Assembly (NCBI GenBank): GCA_016869715.1
Contig: VGDM01000011.1
Coordinates: 379 to 64,378, forward strand
Length of the DNA stretch: 64,000 bases
Source of the DNA: Alphaproteobacteria bacterium
GTDB lineage: Bacteria; Pseudomonadota; Alphaproteobacteria; Acetobacterales; Acetobacteraceae
Direction: 5' to 3'
The translations under genes and the position numbers were made by a program. Positions 1 through 10,088 of the stretch are shown here, piece after piece. The notes under the pieces were generated by a model, which was not told the origin of the DNA, did no database searches, and was given only the letters and a program-made list of their open reading frames with translations. Position 1 is the stretch's first letter; every line of letters begins with the position of its first letter.

Positions 1-56
1 GGGCTGACAGGATTCCCATCCGCCTCTATATGCCAGCGCCTTGAGACTAGAGCGAT

Positions 57-329
57 ATGCCAGACCCAACAGAACTTGATGCCCGGCGCCGCCGGCTTGT
101 TTTTCGCGCCCAGCATCGCGGCACCAAGGAAACCGATATCCTGATCGGCGGCTTTGTCGCGCGCCATATCGCGCGCCTCACCGATGCCGAGGTCGTGGCG
201 CTCGAGGACATTCTGGAACTCTGGGATGTGGATTTGGCCGATTGGCTTTCCGGCCGACGCCCGATTCCGCCCGAACATGACCACCCGCTCTTGCGCCGGA
301 TCATGGCCGAGGCTGGCGGCGGGCCATGA
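57..329 (+). CDS. sdhE: Succinate dehydrogenase assembly factor 2 (SdhE/Sdh5)
   Basis: 90 aa with RRRLVFRAQHRGTKETDILIG, matching the SdhE RGxxE motif; overlaps the mfd start, the usual alphaproteobacterial arrangement. Confidence 0.9.
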   Translation: MPDPTELDARRRRLVFRAQHRGTKETDILIGGFVARHIARLTDAEVVALEDILELWDVDLADWLSGRRPIPPEHDHPLLRRIMAEAGGGP

Positions 330-3300
330 AGCCCGTCACCATCCATGGCGCGCCTGAGGGCTTTGATGCCCTTCTGGTGGCGCGTCGGCGGGCAGAGATT
401 GAAGCCCCCATCGCCCATGTCTGCCGCGATGATGCGCGCATGGCCCGCATGGCAGAGGCTTTGGGCTTTTTTGCGCCTGAAATCGAGGTGCTGCGTTTTC
501 CGGCCTGGGATTGCCTGCCTTATGATCGTGTCTCCCCCAATCCGGAAATCATCGCCGAACGTGTCGCGACGCTGACGCGGCTGTTGGAAGCGGGCCAACG
601 CCCGCGTGTCTTGCTCACCACTATTAATGCGCTGGTGCAGAAAGTGCCCGCCTCCAATGTGTTTGCAGGCGCCACCTTATCGCTGGCCAAGGGCGGGCGG
701 GTGCAGCCGGAAAAACTCACGGCCTTTCTGGAAGCCAATGGTTATCATCGCACCGGCACGGTGATGGAACATGGCGAATATGCCGTGCGCGGCGGCATTA
801 TTGATCTGTTCCCGGCGGGTGAGCCGGAACCCATTCGCCTCGATCTTTTTGGTGATGAGATCGACGATATGCACCGCTTTGATACGGTCAGCCAGCGGAG
901 CGGCAAGGTTGTGCCCGCGCTGTCACTCTGCCCGGTGGGTGAGGTGTTTTTGGATGAGGCGTCACGTGCGCGCTTCAGAAGCGGCTATCGCGATCTGTTC
1001 GGCGCGGCGGCGGCGGATGATCCGCTTTATGGCGCGATCAGCGCCGGGCGGCGCTATCCCGGCATGGAACATTGGGCCGGCCTGTTCCATGAAGCCATGG
1101 TGCCGCTACTGGAGTATTTGCCCGGCGCCGAAATCAGCTTCGACCACCAGGCCGAGGAAGTGCTGAAGGCGCGGCTTGAGATGATCACCGATCATTACGA
1201 AGCCCGCCGCGTGCCATCCCGCATTGGTGAGGGCGATGTGCCTTATCGACCCGCACCGCCCGCAACGCTTTATCTGGATGAAGCAGGCTGGGCAGCAATG
1301 CTGGCCGATTGCCGCGTGCTACGCCTTTCGCCCTTCGCCGTGCCGGGTGGCATTGCCGCAGGCGGGCGCCCCGGCCCGCTTTTTGCCGAGGCACGCAGCG
1401 CGGGCGAGAATGTTTTTGCGGCCTATGCCGCCATGGTGCAGGGCGAAGCCAAGGCCAAGCGCCAGCCCATCCTGGCGGCCTGGTCGCGTGGGTCTCGTGA
1501 ACGGCTCGGCAATCTGCTGCGCGAGAATGGTGTGCGTGCTGAGACTGCTGAGGATTGGAAAGCTGCGCGCGCGCTGCCCGCTGATGTTGTCGCCCTGGTG
1601 GTGATGGGCATTGAACGCGGCTTTATTGCGGAAGGCATCGCTGTCACCGCCGAGCAGGATTTGCTTGGTGAACGCATCGCCCGCCCGCGGCTCCGCCCCC
1701 GTCGCGCCGATCAATTCATTGCGGATGCGACCGAAATCGCCGAGGGTGATTTGGTGGTGCATCAGGATCACGGGATTGGCCGGTATGAGGGGCTGGTCAC
1801 TATCGAAGTAGCCGGCGCGCCGCATGATTGCCTGAAGCTGATTTATGATAGTGGCGATAGGCTTTTTGTGCCGGTCGAGAATATTGAAATCCTCTCCCGC
1901 TTCGGCTCGGAAGGGCTCGGCGTAGCGCTGGACAAACTCGGTGGGGTTTCCTGGCAGAATCGTAAGGCCAAGGCGAAGTCGCGCATTCGCGACATGGCCG
2001 CCGAGCTGATTCGCACTGCGGCCATGCGGCGCATGAAGGATGGTACGCTGGCGACCCCGCCTGAGGGCATGTGGGATGAGTTTTGTGCCCGCTTCCTCTT
2101 TGCCGAGACCGAAGATCAATCCCGCGCCATTGCCGATGTATTGGAAGATCTTTCCGCCGGCCGGCCGATGGATCGGCTGATTTGCGGCGATGTCGGCTTT
2201 GGCAAGACGGAAATCGCTTTGCGTGCTGCCTTTGTGGTCGCGATGTCTGGCGCACAGGTGGCGGTGGTGGTGCCAACCACGTTGCTCGCGCGGCAGCATT
2301 TCCGTAATTTCCAGAAGCGCTTCGAAGGCTTCCCGCTACGCATTGCGCAACTCTCGCGCCTGGTCACGGCCAAGGATGCGGCAGAAGTGCGGGAAGGCAT
2401 GAAGCGCGGCGATATCAATATCGTCATCGGCACACATGCGTTGTTGGCCAAGGGCACAGAATTTGCTGATCTTGGCCTGCTGGTGGTGGATGAAGAACAG
2501 CATTTCGGCGTACGCCACAAGGAAGCGCTGAAGGCGCTGAAAGCCGATGTGCACGTGCTGACCCTGACCGCGACCCCCATCCCGCGCACGCTGCAATTGG
2601 CGCTGTCCGGTGTGCGGGAAATGAGCGTGATCGCAACGCCACCCATTGATCGGCTGGCGGTGCGCACCTTCATCATGCCCTGGGATGCGGTGGTGCTGCG
2701 GGAAGCCATTCAGCGCGAACGCTTCCGTGGCGGGCAGATTTTCTGCGTGGTGCCGCGCATTGAAGACATGGCGAAGCTTGCGGAACGGCTGGCCGAGATT
2801 CTGCCGGAAGCGCGCCTGGTGCAGGCGCATGGCCGCATGACGCCGACCGAACTTGAACGCGTCATGACCGAATTCGGCGATGGCAAGCATGACATTCTGC
2901 TGTCCACCAATATTGTCGAAAGCGGCTTGGATATGCCGGCGGTGAATACGCTCATCATCCACCGCGCCGATATGTTTGGCCTGGCGCAGCTATATCAGCT
3001 GCGCGGGCGTGTTGGGCGCGGTAAGCTGCGTGGCTATGGGTATCTGACCTGGCCGGAAGCGCATCAGCTTTCGGCTGCGGCGGAAAAGCGGCTGGAAGTG
3101 ATGCAGACGCTGGATAATCTGGGCGCTGGCTTCACGCTTGCCTCGCATGATCTGGATATTCGCGGCGCCGGCAATCTGTTGGGTGAGGAACAATCCGGCC
3201 AAATTCGCGAAGTCGGCATCGAGCTTTACCAACAAATGCTGGAAGAAGCGGTCGCCGATATCAAGGCCGGCGCTGAGGGCGCGGAGAGTGAGCGGGAATG

Positions 3301-3757
3301 GACGCCGCAGATCAATCTTGGCCTGCCGGTGCTGATCCCGGAGAACTATGTCACCGATCTGCCGGTGCGGCTTGGCCTCTATCGGCGCATCGGGGGTCTC
3401 GCGACGGATGGCGAGAATGACGCCATGGCGGCGGAGCTCGCTGACCGGTTCGGCCCCCTGCCGGCTGAGGTAGAGAATCTGCTGCAAGTGGTCGCGATCA
3501 AGCGGCTATGTCGGCAGGCCGGCGTGGAAAAGCTGGATGCTGGGCCGAAGGGTCTGGTGCTGAGCTTCCGGGGACAGAATTTCGCCAATCCGGGCGGGCT
3601 GATCACCTGGATTCAGGGGCAGAAGGGGGCGGTGAGGCTCCGCCCCGATGCCAAGCTGGCCTTGATCCGCGATATGGACCTGGCCGAGCGCGTGCGCCGC
3701 GCGCGGGATTTGCTGCGCGTGCTGGCGCGCATGGCTGGGGAGGCAAAACAGGTTTGA
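326..3757 (+). CDS. mfd: Transcription-repair coupling factor
   Basis: 1143 aa; FPAWDCLPYD, CarD-like VVHQDHGIGRY, Walker A GDVGFGKT, DEEQHFG, C-terminal TRCF domain. Confidence 0.97.
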   Translation: MKPVTIHGAPEGFDALLVARRRAEIEAPIAHVCRDDARMARMAEALGFFAPEIEVLRFPAWDCLPYDRVSPNPEIIAERVATLTRLLEAGQRPRVLLTTINALVQKVPASNVFAGATLSLAKGGRVQPEKLTAFLEANGYHRTGTVMEHGEYAVRGGIIDLFPAGEPEPIRLDLFGDEIDDMHRFDTVSQRSGKVVPALSLCPVGEVFLDEASRARFRSGYRDLFGAAAADDPLYGAISAGRRYPGMEHWAGLFHEAMVPLLEYLPGAEISFDHQAEEVLKARLEMITDHYEARRVPSRIGEGDVPYRPAPPATLYLDEAGWAAMLADCRVLRLSPFAVPGGIAAGGRPGPLFAEARSAGENVFAAYAAMVQGEAKAKRQPILAAWSRGSRERLGNLLRENGVRAETAEDWKAARALPADVVALVVMGIERGFIAEGIAVTAEQDLLGERIARPRLRPRRADQFIADATEIAEGDLVVHQDHGIGRYEGLVTIEVAGAPHDCLKLIYDSGDRLFVPVENIEILSRFGSEGLGVALDKLGGVSWQNRKAKAKSRIRDMAAELIRTAAMRRMKDGTLATPPEGMWDEFCARFLFAETEDQSRAIADVLEDLSAGRPMDRLICGDVGFGKTEIALRAAFVVAMSGAQVAVVVPTTLLARQHFRNFQKRFEGFPLRIAQLSRLVTAKDAAEVREGMKRGDINIVIGTHALLAKGTEFADLGLLVVDEEQHFGVRHKEALKALKADVHVLTLTATPIPRTLQLALSGVREMSVIATPPIDRLAVRTFIMPWDAVVLREAIQRERFRGGQIFCVVPRIEDMAKLAERLAEILPEARLVQAHGRMTPTELERVMTEFGDGKHDILLSTNIVESGLDMPAVNTLIIHRADMFGLAQLYQLRGRVGRGKLRGYGYLTWPEAHQLSAAAEKRLEVMQTLDNLGAGFTLASHDLDIRGAGNLLGEEQSGQIREVGIELYQQMLEEAVADIKAGAEGAESEREWTPQINLGLPVLIPENYVTDLPVRLGLYRRIGGLATDGENDAMAAELADRFGPLPAEVENLLQVVAIKRLCRQAGVEKLDAGPKGLVLSFRGQNFANPGGLITWIQGQKGAVRLRPDAKLALIRDMDLAERVRRARDLLRVLARMAGEAKQV

Positions 3758-3792
3758 TCTTGGTGGCCTCTGGGCGCTATCAAGGAACGGCT

Positions 3793-3865
3793 GGGCCTGT
3801 AGCTCAATGGTCAGAGCGGACCGCTCATAACGGTTTGGTTGCAGGTTCGAGTCCTGCCGGGCCCA
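3793..3865 (+). tRNA. tRNA with CAT anticodon, most likely tRNA-Ile2 (lysidine-modified); CCA not encoded
   Basis: GGGCCTG acceptor pairs with CGGGCCC-A; D arm GCTCAATGGTCAGAGC; anticodon loop CTCATAA; T loop GGTTCGAGTCC. Resembles ileX-type rather than initiator or elongator Met. Confidence 0.88.
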
Positions 3866-3988
3866 TTTTTGGCCGGTGCGCGGGAAAAAATCGCCCGAAG
3901 GGCGCAACCCTTTGCGGATTTCACCCGGGCGCAAACTGTTCTATGAGCGGCCTTTGAATTCCCCTAACCGTATCAGGTCCCCCGCCCC

Positions 3989-5668
3989 ATGGCCGCCTAT
4001 CAATATGTCTATGTCATGAAGAACCTCACCAAGTCCTATCCGGGCGGGCGAGAAGTCTTCAAGGGCATCACGCTGTCCTTCCTGCCGGCTGCCAAGATTG
4101 GTGTGCTGGGCCCGAATGGCGCGGGCAAATCCACGCTCATGCGCATCATGGCTGGGCAGGATACGGATTTCGGTGGTGAGGCTTGGGCGGCAGAAGGCGC
4201 CAAGGTTGGCTATCTGCCGCAGGAACCGCATCTCGATCCTAATCTGACGGTGGGTGAGAATGTGCGTGCGGCCTTTGCCGAGCTTTCCGCGCACCTTGCC
4301 CGCTTCAACGAAATCTCCGAAAAATTCGCCGAGGAAATGAGCGAAGATGAGATGAACAATCTGCTCGCCGAACAGGCAGAATTGCAGGGACAAATTGATG
4401 CAGTGAATGGCTGGGAAGTGGACCGTCAGGTGGATATTGCCCTTGATGCGCTGCGCTGCCCGCCGGCCGATAGCTCAGTGACGCATCTGTCGGGTGGCGA
4501 ACGTCGCCGTGTGGCCTTGTGCCGACTATTGCTGGAAAAGCCTGATCTGCTGTTGCTGGACGAACCGACCAACCATTTGGATGCGGAAAGCGTTTCCTGG
4601 TTGGAAAAGACGCTGCGTGAGTATCAGGGCGCGGTGCTGATCGTCACGCACGACCGCTACTTCCTCGACAATGTGACGGGCTGGATTTTGGAAGTGGATC
4701 GCGGGCGCGGCATTCCTTATGAGGGTAATTACTCCGCCTATCTGGAAGCCAAGCGCAAGCGTCTGTCGCAGGAAGAACGCGAAGAAACCGCACGCCAGCG
4801 CCAATTGGCTGAAGAACAGGAATGGATTGGGCGTTCTCCGGCAGCTCGGCAGGCAAAATCCAAGGCGCGTATCGCAGCCTATGAGGATCTGCTCCGTCGC
4901 AGCCAGGAAAAGGCTCCAGACCCGACCGAAATCACCATCCCGCCCGCACCGCGCCTGGGCAACACCGTCATTGTGGCCGAGAATCTCTTAAAAGGTTTTG
5001 GTGATCGGCTGCTGATTGAAAACCTGTCCTTCAAGCTGCCGCCGGGCGGCATTGTCGGCGTGATTGGCCCCAATGGCGCGGGTAAATCCACCTTGTTCAA
5101 GATGATCACAGGCGATGAGACCCCTGATTCAGGAAGCCTTGTCGTGGGCGATAGTGTGCAGCTTGGCTATGTGGATCAAAGTCGCGACAGCCTGAATGAT
5201 ACGCGAACCGTCTGGGAAGAAATCTCCGACGGGATGGACATGATCACCATCGGCAAGCGAAGTGTGCCGTCGCGCGCCTATGTTGCGGCCTTCAACTTCA
5301 AGGGCGGCGATCAGCAAAAGCGCGTTGGCGTGCTTTCGGGCGGTGAACGCAACCGTGTGCATCTGGCAAAAATGCTGAAGCGCGAACACAACGTCATGCT
5401 GCTCGACGAGCCAACCAATGATTTGGATGTGGATACGCTGCGTTCCTTGGAAGAAGCGCTGATGGATTTTGCCGGCTGTGCGGTGATCATCAGCCACGAT
5501 CGCTTTTTCCTGGACCGCTTGGCCACCCATATACTCGCCTTCGAAGGCGACAGCCATGTCGAGTGGTTTGAGGGCAATTTCCAAGCTTATGAGGAAGACA
5601 AGCGCCGGCGCCTTGGCGCGGATGCGACGGAGCCGCATCGCATCAAATACCGGCCCTTGCAGCGGTGA
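3989..5668 (+). CDS. ettA: Energy-dependent translational throttle ABC-F ATPase
   Basis: 559 aa, two ABC cassettes (GPNGAGKST twice, LSGGE twice), no TM segments; EttA-like C-terminus FEGNFQAYEEDKRRRLG...HRIKYRPL. Confidence 0.95.
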   Translation: MAAYQYVYVMKNLTKSYPGGREVFKGITLSFLPAAKIGVLGPNGAGKSTLMRIMAGQDTDFGGEAWAAEGAKVGYLPQEPHLDPNLTVGENVRAAFAELSAHLARFNEISEKFAEEMSEDEMNNLLAEQAELQGQIDAVNGWEVDRQVDIALDALRCPPADSSVTHLSGGERRRVALCRLLLEKPDLLLLDEPTNHLDAESVSWLEKTLREYQGAVLIVTHDRYFLDNVTGWILEVDRGRGIPYEGNYSAYLEAKRKRLSQEEREETARQRQLAEEQEWIGRSPAARQAKSKARIAAYEDLLRRSQEKAPDPTEITIPPAPRLGNTVIVAENLLKGFGDRLLIENLSFKLPPGGIVGVIGPNGAGKSTLFKMITGDETPDSGSLVVGDSVQLGYVDQSRDSLNDTRTVWEEISDGMDMITIGKRSVPSRAYVAAFNFKGGDQQKRVGVLSGGERNRVHLAKMLKREHNVMLLDEPTNDLDVDTLRSLEEALMDFAGCAVIISHDRFFLDRLATHILAFEGDSHVEWFEGNFQAYEEDKRRRLGADATEPHRIKYRPLQR

Positions 5669-6195
5669 GCCAAACCCTCGGCGCCTTGCACACACCACGC
5701 GGCATCAGTACCGCGCGGCTTTCCCTGCTGCCACCGGCGCCGGAGCAATTGCCCGACCTTATTCGCCTAAAGGCGGATGAACGCGTCTTTGGCTTCATGC
5801 TGCATGGCACGCGCAGTGCCGAGCGCACGCGGGAAGAAATGGAAGACGACATAGATTTCTGGGCGGTGCGGGGCTATGGCACGTGGTCTGTCTTTGTGCG
5901 CGGCAGCGGCAAGTTTCTTGGCATTTGCGGGCTGATGGAACGCCCCGATGGGCGCGGTCTGGCGCTGCGTTATGCGCTGTGGCCGGAATGTCGCGGCAAG
6001 GGCTATGCGCGGGAAGCAGCCCGTGCCGCGCTGGATTTCGGCCATGCGGCGGGGCTTTCGCGCATTATCGCCGTGGCGCGGGAGACAAATGTGGCCTCGC
6101 GCGAGGTGATGGAAGATATCGGCATGCGCCCTTCGGGCGGCTTCACTCATAAGGGGCAGGCGATGGTGGTGTATGAAAGCGTGACGGCCGGCTGA
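5665..6195 (+). CDS. GNAT N-acetyltransferase (RimJ/RimL-like)
   Basis: TARLSLLP start, RGKGYAREA acetyl-CoA motif, NVASREVMEDIGM. Confidence 0.85.
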   Translation: MSQTLGALHTPRGISTARLSLLPPAPEQLPDLIRLKADERVFGFMLHGTRSAERTREEMEDDIDFWAVRGYGTWSVFVRGSGKFLGICGLMERPDGRGLALRYALWPECRGKGYAREAARAALDFGHAAGLSRIIAVARETNVASREVMEDIGMRPSGGFTHKGQAMVVYESVTAG

Positions 6196-6831
6196 TCAAG
6201 CGCCCTCACGCGCCACCAATTGGGCGATCTGTCCGCGCATGGCGTCCAGCAGCGCCGCCACACGCCCGCCATTGCGTTGAATGACCGCGGAATATTCGCT
6301 ACGGGTCGTGAGCCGCAAGGATGTGCCCTCAGCAATCACATCCACCACCCGCGGCTGGCCATTGATCTCAGCCACGCGCCAGTCGAGCGTAAAAGGTGGC
6401 ATATTGGGGCGCTCCACAAGGGTGCTGACCAGCGCATCTTCCTCCCTGCGCTGCTGCGAGCGGCCGAGCAAGAATTTCACACCGCGATATTCGCCAAAGC
6501 GGGCAGAGAGGTTGCGGATGATGATTTCATCAAACAGCTTGAGGTATTCCTGCAATTCAGCGGGCGATGCCTGCCGCACATAGCGGCCCAGAATGAAGCG
6601 CCCAGTGCCCTCAATATCAATGGCACTGCGCAGGATGCTGGCCACCTTGTCGCGCCGTTGCGTCTGATTCAGGCGTGGGTCATTGATGGCGTTTATCAAA
6701 TCCTGCCCTGTCTTATCCACGAAGGCAGTAGCGCGGGTGATATCCATTTGCTGCGCGCGGGCCGGCATCGTGACAAGACCAAAAACGCCAAACATCAGGA
6801 AGCGACGAGGTAGAGAGACGCGCGTCATCAC
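6196..6831 (-). CDS. mlaC: MlaC/Ttg2D phospholipid-binding periplasmic protein
   Basis: RFILGRY, WRV...VVDVIAEGTSLRLTTRSEYSAVI motifs; coupled to mlaA. Confidence 0.88.
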   Translation of the reverse strand: MMTRVSLPRRFLMFGVFGLVTMPARAQQMDITRATAFVDKTGQDLINAINDPRLNQTQRRDKVASILRSAIDIEGTGRFILGRYVRQASPAELQEYLKLFDEIIIRNLSARFGEYRGVKFLLGRSQQRREEDALVSTLVERPNMPPFTLDWRVAEINGQPRVVDVIAEGTSLRLTTRSEYSAVIQRNGGRVAALLDAMRGQIAQLVAREGA

Positions 6832-7625
6832 CTGGACTCCGTGATGCCCTGGCCGAAGCCAACACCGCCTGCGGGCGCCACTGCGCCTGCCGGGCTGTCC
6901 TTGTTCTGTATTTCAAAGGCGCGGCGCTGGCGATACGCGGAACGCAGAGTCGCGTAGGGATCAAGCGACGTCTTGCGTACGGCGTCTATCGGTTCCAGCA
7001 AGGCTTCGCGGGTGTCCACAATGGTCATGCCAAGGCGCATGTAGTTCCAGGCATCTAAAATCTGGCCCTGACCGATCCAAGTGAAGGGGTTGCTCACGAT
7101 ATCTGCACCAAACCCGACCAAGTCCCTTGCAGTGGAAGGTCCAAGCAGAGGCATGAAGATGTAGAAGCCTTCGCCCACACCCCAAGCAGCGAAGGTCTGG
7201 CCCATATCCTCTGAATGGCCATGGACATCATAGGCGCGCCCTACATCCTGGATACCGCCTATACCGATCGTGGTATTAACGATGAATCGGCCCAGTGTTT
7301 TTCGGGCACGGTCGAAATTACCCTGCAAAAGGTCGCCGGTCAGGATCGTGGTGGTGCGCAAGTTACCAAGCACATTCCGGATGCCGGCACGCACAGGCGG
7401 CGGAAGAACATCCCGATAAGCCTCAGCCATCGGCTGCAGGACCGCCTGATCAATCGCCTCGTGCACTGCGAAAAGGACTCGGTTCGATGGCTCAAAGGGG
7501 TCGTTGTTTTCGCGGAACTCCTGCAGTGCCTCCGGGTCATCGGCAGGGGGGCGCGTGGCGCAACCGGCGAGCAAAACCAGCGCAAGCGCTGATGCGCCAA
7601 AAAAAATGAGGGCGGAGAACTTCAT
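6828..7625 (-). CDS. mlaA: MlaA/VacJ lipoprotein
   Basis: Lipobox LAGC; DPFEPSNR, RFIVNTTIGIGG, EDMGQTF, PLLGPSTARD, DPYATLRSAY. Confidence 0.93.
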   Translation of the reverse strand: MKFSALIFFGASALALVLLAGCATRPPADDPEALQEFRENNDPFEPSNRVLFAVHEAIDQAVLQPMAEAYRDVLPPPVRAGIRNVLGNLRTTTILTGDLLQGNFDRARKTLGRFIVNTTIGIGGIQDVGRAYDVHGHSEDMGQTFAAWGVGEGFYIFMPLLGPSTARDLVGFGADIVSNPFTWIGQGQILDAWNYMRLGMTIVDTREALLEPIDAVRKTSLDPYATLRSAYRQRRAFEIQNKDSPAGAVAPAGGVGFGQGITESR

Positions 7626-7761
7626 AAAAATGGTTTTAGCGCAAAAAGCCTCGGTTCGGGAACCGCCTAAAGCGAATAGGGCGCCCTTGCCAAGATGGGC
7701 GTGATGGGCAAAGGGGGGGCGGTTGCAGAAGGCTCATGGCCTCACCATTTCGGAAGATGTC

Positions 7762-8694
7762 ATGAATAACCTCACCCGTGGCCCCTTGGCCCGTTGGCTG
7801 ACCGGCCCGCGGTTCAGCGCCCTGCCGGCCCCGGCTGCCCTGCCGGCGCCCCGGCTATCCTTTGAATTCTTCCCGCCCAAGACGGACAAGCTGGAAGAAC
7901 AGCTTTGGCCCTGTATTCGGCGCCTGGAACCGCTTGGCCCGCGCTTTGTCTCGGTAACTTACGGAGCAGGGGGCAGCACGCAGGAACGCACCCATGCGAC
8001 CGTTGCCCGCCTGGTGGCGGAAACCAGCCTGACCCCGGCGGCCCATCTGACCTGTGTGGGCGCCACGCGGGATGAGGTGGATGAGGTCGCTCGGCGCTAT
8101 TGGGCTGCCGGTGTGCGCCATATTGTGGCCTTGCGGGGTGATCCTCCCGCCGGGGTTTCGGGATATGTGCCCCATTCGGGCGGTTATGCGCAGGCCGAGG
8201 ATTTGGTGCGCGGCCTCAAGCGCATTGGCGATTTTGAAATCAGCGTTGGCGCCTATCCGGAAACCCATCCGGCAGCGCTTTCAGCGGATGCGGATCTGGA
8301 TTTCCTGAAGCGCAAGATTGATGCGGGGGCGATTCGCGCCATTACGCAGTATTTCTTTGAGGCCGAGACATTCCTTCGTTTCATTGATCGCTGCCATGCC
8401 AAGGGCATTACGGTGCCGATCGTGCCGGGTATTTTGCCGGTCTCCAATTTCCAGCAGGTGGTGAAGTTCTCGGCCATGTGCGGCGCGAGTGTGCCGGCCT
8501 GGATGGGCCAGTTGTTTGAGGGGCTGGAGGAGGATGCGGAGACACGGCGCATGGTAGCTGCCGTGGTGGCGGCCGAGCAGGCGCGTCTATTGCAGGCCAA
8601 TGGCGTTGATGAATTCCATTTTTATACGCTGAACCGCCCCGATCTGACCTACGCCATCGCGCATATGCTTGGTGCCCGCCCGCGCCAGGTTTGA
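7762..8694 (+). CDS. metF: 5,10-methylenetetrahydrofolate reductase
   Basis: SFEFFPPK, SVTYGAGGS, ALRGDPP, ITQYFF, FHFYTLN; start placed at ATG 7762. Confidence 0.95.
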   Translation: MNNLTRGPLARWLTGPRFSALPAPAALPAPRLSFEFFPPKTDKLEEQLWPCIRRLEPLGPRFVSVTYGAGGSTQERTHATVARLVAETSLTPAAHLTCVGATRDEVDEVARRYWAAGVRHIVALRGDPPAGVSGYVPHSGGYAQAEDLVRGLKRIGDFEISVGAYPETHPAALSADADLDFLKRKIDAGAIRAITQYFFEAETFLRFIDRCHAKGITVPIVPGILPVSNFQQVVKFSAMCGASVPAWMGQLFEGLEEDAETRRMVAAVVAAEQARLLQANGVDEFHFYTLNRPDLTYAIAHMLGARPRQV

Positions 8695-8768
8695 TTTCGG
8701 GGCGGCGCGTACGCGGGGCAGCGCCCCCGCTTCTGCCCGTGGTTTTTGTTGTAGGTTATAGTCATCCC

Positions 8769-10085
8769 ATGCAGACCCTCTTCTCCCCCGCCCAATTGGC
8801 CGACCCGGATATTGCCGAGAGCAACCGCATCCTGCGGAGCTGTGTCCATTGCGGGATGTGTACCGCGACTTGCCCCACCTTCCTGTTGCGAGGTGATGAG
8901 TTGGATTCGCCTCGGGGTCGGATTTATCTGATCAAGGATATGTTGGAGTCTGGGCGTTCGGCGAGTGAGTTGGAGGTCCGGCATCTTGATCGCTGCCTGT
9001 CGTGCCTTTCCTGCATGACGACCTGCCCTTCCGGGGTGCATTACATGCATCTGGTGGATCATGCGCGCGCCTACATTGAAAAGACCTACCAGCGCCCGGC
9101 GGCGGAGCGTTTTCTGCGGCGATTACTGTCGGTGGTGTTGCCTTATCCCTTCCGGTTTCGGGTGGCCTTGGTGGGCGCTAGTATAGCGCGGCCTTTGGCG
9201 TGGCTGGTGCCGGGCAAGTCCATGATGGCCGAGAGGCTCCGCGCCATGCTGCGGCTCGCGCCCAAGCACGTGCCATCACCATCGGCGATGGAACGCCCGG
9301 GCGTGTTCAAGGCTGAAGGCGAACGGCGCGGGCGGGTTGGCTTGCTGACCGGCTGCGCGCAGCAGGTGCTTGCCCCTTCCATCAATGAGGCGACGATCAG
9401 GCTGCTGAACCGCATGGGCATTGAGGTGGTGGTGACCAAGGGCCAGGGCTGCTGTGGCGCGCTTGACCATCACATGGGCCATCATGATACAGCGATGCGC
9501 CTGGCGCGCACGAATATCGAGGCCTGGTCGGCGGAGATTGAGGGTGAAGGGCTGGATGCGATTGTGGTGAATGCGTCGGGTTGCGGCACCACGCTCAAGG
9601 ATTACGGCTTCATGTTCCGAGAGGAAGCGGCACCCTGGCGGGAGAAGGCAGAGAAGGTCGCCGCTTTGGCTGCCGATATTTCGGAAATGCTGATGCGCTT
9701 TGGCTATGCGCCAAGCCGGCCAACGCCGGGGCTTACGGTTGCCTATCACGCCGCCTGTTCCTTGCAGCATGGTCAGAAGATCACGTCAGAACCCAAGTCG
9801 CTGCTGGCGAAAGCCGGCTTTATCGTGAAGGAACCGGCAGAAGGGCATATCTGCTGCGGTTCGGCGGGTACCTATAATCTGATGCAGCCGGAAATCGCGG
9901 GGCAATTGAAAGCGCGCAAGCTTGGCAATCTGGAACGCACAGGGGGCGCCATCATTGCGGCGGGGAATATTGGCTGCCTAACACAATTAGGGGATGGCGC
10001 GATGCCGGCCATTCACACGGTGGAATTGCTCGATTGGATGGCGGGCGGGCCAGAGCCTGAAGCCCTTGCCAAGATGCGTGGCTAG
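8769..10085 (+). CDS. glcF: Glycolate oxidase iron-sulfur subunit
   Basis: CVHCGMCTATCP and CLSCLSCMTTCP 4Fe-4S motifs plus two CCG domains; GlcF-type start MQTLFSPAQLADP. Confidence 0.9.
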   Translation: MQTLFSPAQLADPDIAESNRILRSCVHCGMCTATCPTFLLRGDELDSPRGRIYLIKDMLESGRSASELEVRHLDRCLSCLSCMTTCPSGVHYMHLVDHARAYIEKTYQRPAAERFLRRLLSVVLPYPFRFRVALVGASIARPLAWLVPGKSMMAERLRAMLRLAPKHVPSPSAMERPGVFKAEGERRGRVGLLTGCAQQVLAPSINEATIRLLNRMGIEVVVTKGQGCCGALDHHMGHHDTAMRLARTNIEAWSAEIEGEGLDAIVVNASGCGTTLKDYGFMFREEAAPWREKAEKVAALAADISEMLMRFGYAPSRPTPGLTVAYHAACSLQHGQKITSEPKSLLAKAGFIVKEPAEGHICCGSAGTYNLMQPEIAGQLKARKLGNLERTGGAIIAAGNIGCLTQLGDGAMPAIHTVELLDWMAGGPEPEALAKMRG

Positions 10086-10088
10086 ATC

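Noticed and set aside
1319-2299. Long antisense or alternate-frame ORFs (also 20796-21818, 22136-23218, 34079-35122, 53461-54531)
   Set aside because: Shadows of well-supported genes, expected in GC-rich DNA; no motifs
3866-3988. Integrative element at the tRNA 3' end
   Set aside because: No integrase or att repeat; ettA follows directly
7626-7761. SAM-II or SAM/SAH riboswitch upstream of metF
   Set aside because: No recognisable consensus; an Rfam scan would settle it
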